Below are positions 44,192 through 47,632 of a stretch of 47,632 nucleotides of DNA, in pieces. Location: positions 1-47,632 of IMG/VR virus record IMGVR_UViG_3300037851_001291, one strand, 5' to 3'. The notes under the pieces were generated by a model that searched no databases, was not told where the DNA came from, and was given only the letters and a program-made list of their open reading frames with translations. The position numbers were made by a program, and so were the translations under genes. The DNA is from a virus (taxonomy: Duplodnaviria; Caudoviricetes). The number at the start of each line of letters is the position of its first letter. Position 1 is the stretch's first letter.

Positions 44192-45850
44192 TTGAACATT
44201 CAAATCATTCGACGATTAAAAAATGTTTTTGGGCTTTTCAAAATAAAACAGCCACAACAAAAATTTATGCCTTTGGAAGAGCCTTACGGCGAAAACATGA
44301 TGGGCTGGTACAACCGCACCATGCAAATGGCCAGAGACCGCCGTTCCATTTACTACGACATGGAACAAATTAGCGACTTTGTGTTGGGAATGAGTGCCCT
44401 TGAAATGTATACCGAAGACTCGTTTCCATTCAATCAGGAACGAGGGTCTAGCATTTGGATTTCTTCCTCTAATTCTAAACTCATTCAGGCAATCAATGAA
44501 CTCAACCGCAGAATAGACATTGAAACTCTGATTCCGTCTATGGCTTTTACTACAGCACAGTACGGCGACAACTTTGAATACCTGACACTTTCCGAAGACG
44601 GTGTTGCCTCCATAAGACAAATTTCCCCTCTCATGCTCACACGCATCGAAAATCAATATGGACAGCTCTTGGGATTTACTCCTGGCATTGTAGACTATAT
44701 CCCTGGCCGAGATGCGACTATCCCCATGCCTCTTTCCCGCCCTTGGGACGTATTGCACACTAGGCTGTGCAGTACTCATACTCGTGTTACAGGACATGGC
44801 ACAAGTATGCTTATGCCTGTGCGCCAAACATGGCGGCAACTTAAAATTATGATGGATTCTATGGTGCTCTATCGCTGGACACGTGGGCCAGATCGCATGG
44901 TCTATTATGTAGATGTGGGAACAAGTCCACCAGAACAGCAAATGCGAGTCCTCAACCAATGGAAACTTTACATTAAAAAGAAGCAACATTTTAATCCAAG
45001 CACTGGTAGCTTTGACCAAGAATGGAACCCAGAAAGCATAGATGAAGACATCTTTTGGCCAATCTCCAAAAATTCGCAATCCAAAATTGAACGCCTTCCC
45101 GGCGCGTCCAATGTAAACGATATTGCCGACGTGCAAATGTACATCAATCTATTTTTCGCAGGGCTACGCATTCCCAAAGCATTTATGGGCTTTGAAGGTG
45201 AAATCATGGCTAGAGAGGTTCTTCCTTTCCAAAGCATTCGTTATGCCAATGTTGCTTATAAACTGCAACGGGCTGTGCTGACATCGCTGGCCAGACTCTA
45301 CCAGATTCATCTTACACTCAAAGGCTACAATGTTCGGTTGCCAGAAAATAGCTTTAAAGTCCACACATCCACTATTTCGCATTTGTATGATGTTGCAAAA
45401 TCCCAACTTTTGCAGGCAAAAATGGAAATCATGCGCACGCTCTTAGACTTTGGGGACTCTGTTCAGCTCGACAAAAACAATTGGCTTCGCTATATTTTGC
45501 GAACTTACTTGGACATGGAAGACGGCGTGATCCAAAGTTTATTCCCTGTTCAAAACAACGCTGAGGAAGAAATTCCTTCCGATTCGGATCGAGATTCCAT
45601 TGACAAAGCCATGACCAGCCTAGAAAGCAAAAACCCAGAAACCATGGAGCGGCTCAAAACTTTGAAAAAAATGTCGCCCTACTTCAATCCATCAGCCTCC
45701 TCTCAAGAGGTAGAAGCCGATTACGAACAATTGACCAAGGAAATAGATTCTAAAGATGACAGAGCATTCCAAGACAAAATCCGTAGCCTGATTGAAAAAC
45801 GAAATCAAGAAGAGAAAGAAAAACATGGTTACAGAAGACATCCCCATTAA
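44192..45850 (+). CDS. Portal protein (T4 gp20-like)
   Basis: WRQLKIMMDSMVLYRWTRGPDRMVYYVDVG, EDIFWP, IERLPG, LRIPK; TTG start with AAGGAG SD. Confidence 0.95.
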   Translation: MNIQIIRRLKNVFGLFKIKQPQQKFMPLEEPYGENMMGWYNRTMQMARDRRSIYYDMEQISDFVLGMSALEMYTEDSFPFNQERGSSIWISSSNSKLIQAINELNRRIDIETLIPSMAFTTAQYGDNFEYLTLSEDGVASIRQISPLMLTRIENQYGQLLGFTPGIVDYIPGRDATIPMPLSRPWDVLHTRLCSTHTRVTGHGTSMLMPVRQTWRQLKIMMDSMVLYRWTRGPDRMVYYVDVGTSPPEQQMRVLNQWKLYIKKKQHFNPSTGSFDQEWNPESIDEDIFWPISKNSQSKIERLPGASNVNDIADVQMYINLFFAGLRIPKAFMGFEGEIMAREVLPFQSIRYANVAYKLQRAVLTSLARLYQIHLTLKGYNVRLPENSFKVHTSTISHLYDVAKSQLLQAKMEIMRTLLDFGDSVQLDKNNWLRYILRTYLDMEDGVIQSLFPVQNNAEEEIPSDSDRDSIDKAMTSLESKNPETMERLKTLKKMSPYFNPSASSQEVEADYEQLTKEIDSKDDRAFQDKIRSLIEKRNQEEKEKHGYRRHPH

Positions 45851-46271
45851 AACCTTGCGTCCCATTCTCGACAGTGTCACTGGCGTTGTCCTCGTTCCTG
45901 AAGGAACAATCGGGAACTTGCTCGATTGGAACATTACACCCGGCCCACGTTCATTTATTCCAACAACCAATTTATTTGATTCCCAGCTCAAACGTAGGCT
46001 ACAATTCTCGGTCTCTTTTCCCCAAGGCGTCTATCAATTGCTTTTCCCAGAACAATTGATTTTTCTAAACCCTTGGGGACTTCTCAAAGCTTTGCTTTCT
46101 ATGGAAACTATCCAACGCGTGGAGCCCATTAGCCCAACCCCGCGTTTTCGATCTTCCATTGCTAGTCCTCATGCTGTGACACTCATCCTTGCCAATGGTC
46201 TACGCGTCTGTCTTATTGTTGACAAAGTCTCTGGTTTTTTGGATTTGGAATTAGAAGCTGAGGAATGTTGA
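45825..46271 (+). CDS. Hypothetical protein
   Basis: ORF overlapping the portal end. Confidence 0.55.
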   Translation: MVTEDIPIKTLRPILDSVTGVVLVPEGTIGNLLDWNITPGPRSFIPTTNLFDSQLKRRLQFSVSFPQGVYQLLFPEQLIFLNPWGLLKALLSMETIQRVEPISPTPRFRSSIASPHAVTLILANGLRVCLIVDKVSGFLDLELEAEEC

Positions 46272-46386
46272 AGCAATGTTGCAAATGATGACTGAAGCCT
46301 TTGGCTTTGTGGAAATAGCTATCAGCAACTTAAAAAATAGTTATCATTTCTTGCAAAGGACATTATGAGTTTTAAAGGAAAATCCC

Positions 46387-46791
46387 ATGAATACTTACCC
46401 ATACACCGACGAAGAAGTTTTGGAACGCATCCAAATTTCTAGCATTCCACGCAATGAAATTGCTTTTGATATGACTACCATAATTCAAAAGCACAAAGAC
46501 CAATTGGACTCCTACCACCCTATGAATGATTGGCTTTTGATCATTGAAGATATGTCGCTGCGCAACAGTGGCCGAATTATTCCCGTTAAAAATCGTTACT
46601 ACCAATTCAAAGGCATGGTTTATGCCAAAGGCGAAAAAGTACAAAGTCAATCTCTTACGCCTGGGGTCTATGTTCTTTGGGGCCTTTACAATGGCAAGTA
46701 TGTTCCTATTTCCAACGAACTCAATACCTGGTTTGTTCGAGAAATCCACATTCTAGGCATTACACAAGCTGAGGCAAAATTAAGCGAGTAA
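46387..46791 (+). CDS. groES: GroES/Cpn10-like co-chaperonin with N-terminal extension
   Basis: HPMNDWLLI, SGRII, GMVYAKG, PGVYVLW..YNG and FVREIHILGI parallel the GroES pattern PLxDRV, GGI, GxVxAVG, GDxVxF and ExDILA. Confidence 0.75.
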   Translation: MNTYPYTDEEVLERIQISSIPRNEIAFDMTTIIQKHKDQLDSYHPMNDWLLIIEDMSLRNSGRIIPVKNRYYQFKGMVYAKGEKVQSQSLTPGVYVLWGLYNGKYVPISNELNTWFVREIHILGITQAEAKLSE

Positions 46792-46795
46792 ACCA

Positions 46796-47527
46796 ATGCC
46801 AATGAGCAAAGAAGAACTCGAACAAAAAATTAAGGAAGTGTATGCGCTCATGGCCCAAGTCTCCTCAGAACTCCGCAGAACTCAAGACACAAACCGAAAA
46901 GCAGAACTCAAAGGCCATTGGGACAACCTCAATGATTTGTTAGCAAAACTCATGGGCGCACAGCTGCGTTTGCATTTTAAACGAGACACCCAACCAGTAG
47001 CAACACCAACGCCAGTAGCAACAACTACACCAGCTGCAACACCAACAACCCCTATTTTTCCAAGAAAGGTTACTCCTGTAGATGCACGCACTACCAGAAC
47101 CGAATTGATTCAAAAAGCGGACATGGGCAGTGCGAAGCGCAGCGAACTCGTCACCTCAATTCTCTTGTCTGTGGAAAACCACAATACTCTTGTCTACCAA
47201 AGTGCTACACTCGACAATAACTGGCTTCAAACAATCCAAATGAACCTTAGAAAAAATATGGTCATGTATGGCATCAAACAAGCCATTGATGGCCCTCTCT
47301 ATGTTCATTGCGATTGTCCCGCTTTTAAATGGTGGGGATTTGAGTACATTTGCACAGCCCGCCATATTGTCTTGCCCACCAAAGGAAACAACATCTATCC
47401 CAAAATCCGCAACCCAAGACTTATCGGCACAGTTTGCAAACACCTTATCCATGTCCTCACTCAACTCCCACAAGATGCGAAAAAAATTTACAACCTCCTC
47501 AATGCCGGACAACCCTGGGTATCCTAA
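46796..47527 (+). CDS. SWIM-type zinc-finger protein with coiled-coil N-terminus and P/T linker
   Basis: VHCDCPAFKWWG...IRNP..GTVCKHL (CxC...CxH). Confidence 0.8.
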   Translation: MPMSKEELEQKIKEVYALMAQVSSELRRTQDTNRKAELKGHWDNLNDLLAKLMGAQLRLHFKRDTQPVATPTPVATTTPAATPTTPIFPRKVTPVDARTTRTELIQKADMGSAKRSELVTSILLSVENHNTLVYQSATLDNNWLQTIQMNLRKNMVMYGIKQAIDGPLYVHCDCPAFKWWGFEYICTARHIVLPTKGNNIYPKIRNPRLIGTVCKHLIHVLTQLPQDAKKIYNLLNAGQPWVS

Positions 47528-47572
47528 AGTACAACAGCTTGCTCATTGGTAGGCTGTTGTACTTTATTTTTT
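47526..47572 (+). terminator. Intrinsic terminator ending the packaging operon
   Basis: AAAGTACAACAGC...GCTGTTGTACTTT followed by a T run. Confidence 0.75.
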
Positions 47573-47632
47573 GATAATTTTAGATTTTTGAGAAAATTAA
47601 TTTTCTTCTCCGGAGAATATTTTTTTCCAATT

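Larger units (their letters stand above)
77..47572. mobile_element. Myovirus-type phage or prophage with T4-like morphogenesis genes (likely partial genome)
   Basis: Full head, neck, contractile tail, baseplate and packaging set plus a recombination module; no host housekeeping genes. Confidence 0.95.

Noticed and set aside
44216-45136. 306-aa minus-strand ORF
   Set aside because: Antisense to the portal gene with no motif; the same applies to the other nested opposite-strand ORFs in the track.
46993-47050. GTAGCAA repeats resembling the CRISPR repeat start
   Set aside because: They encode the PVAT/PAAT linker and share only 7 nt with the repeat.
1-47632. Alternative genetic code or tRNA genes
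   Set aside because: Conserved genes are full length in the standard bacterial code, and no cloverleaf was recognised by eye (tRNAscan not run).

Overview
The whole window reads as one tailed phage or prophage with a contractile tail, probably incomplete. It has three blocks. (1) 1-5.5 kb (+): an early/recombination module of temperate-phage type (Sak4-like AAA ATPase, Bro-N and P63C antirepressor-type genes, HTH, Ssb, RusA). It carries a cas-less CRISPR mini-array directly behind ssb, with three 37-bp repeats, one degenerate repeat and three spacers of 40-42 bp. It also has a strongly structured non-coding region at about 570-745. (2) 5.7-40.35 kb (-): a T4-like virion operon with fibres, baseplate, tape measure, tube, sheath, neck, a gp23-like capsid protein and a fused gp21 protease/acidic-repeat/scaffold gene, followed by accessory genes including a Hanks-type Ser/Thr kinase and a multi-zinc-ribbon protein. 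(3) 40.48-47.5 kb (+): a packaging operon with a small zinc-ribbon ORF, papain-like protease, terminase, gp20-like portal, GroES-like co-chaperonin and SWIM-finger protein. Blocks 2 and 3 diverge from a perfect 22-bp inverted repeat. I recognised no cas gene, intact integrase, DNA polymerase, primase, helicase, tRNA or classical endolysin. All protein calls come from motif recognition by eye and gene order; no database search was run.
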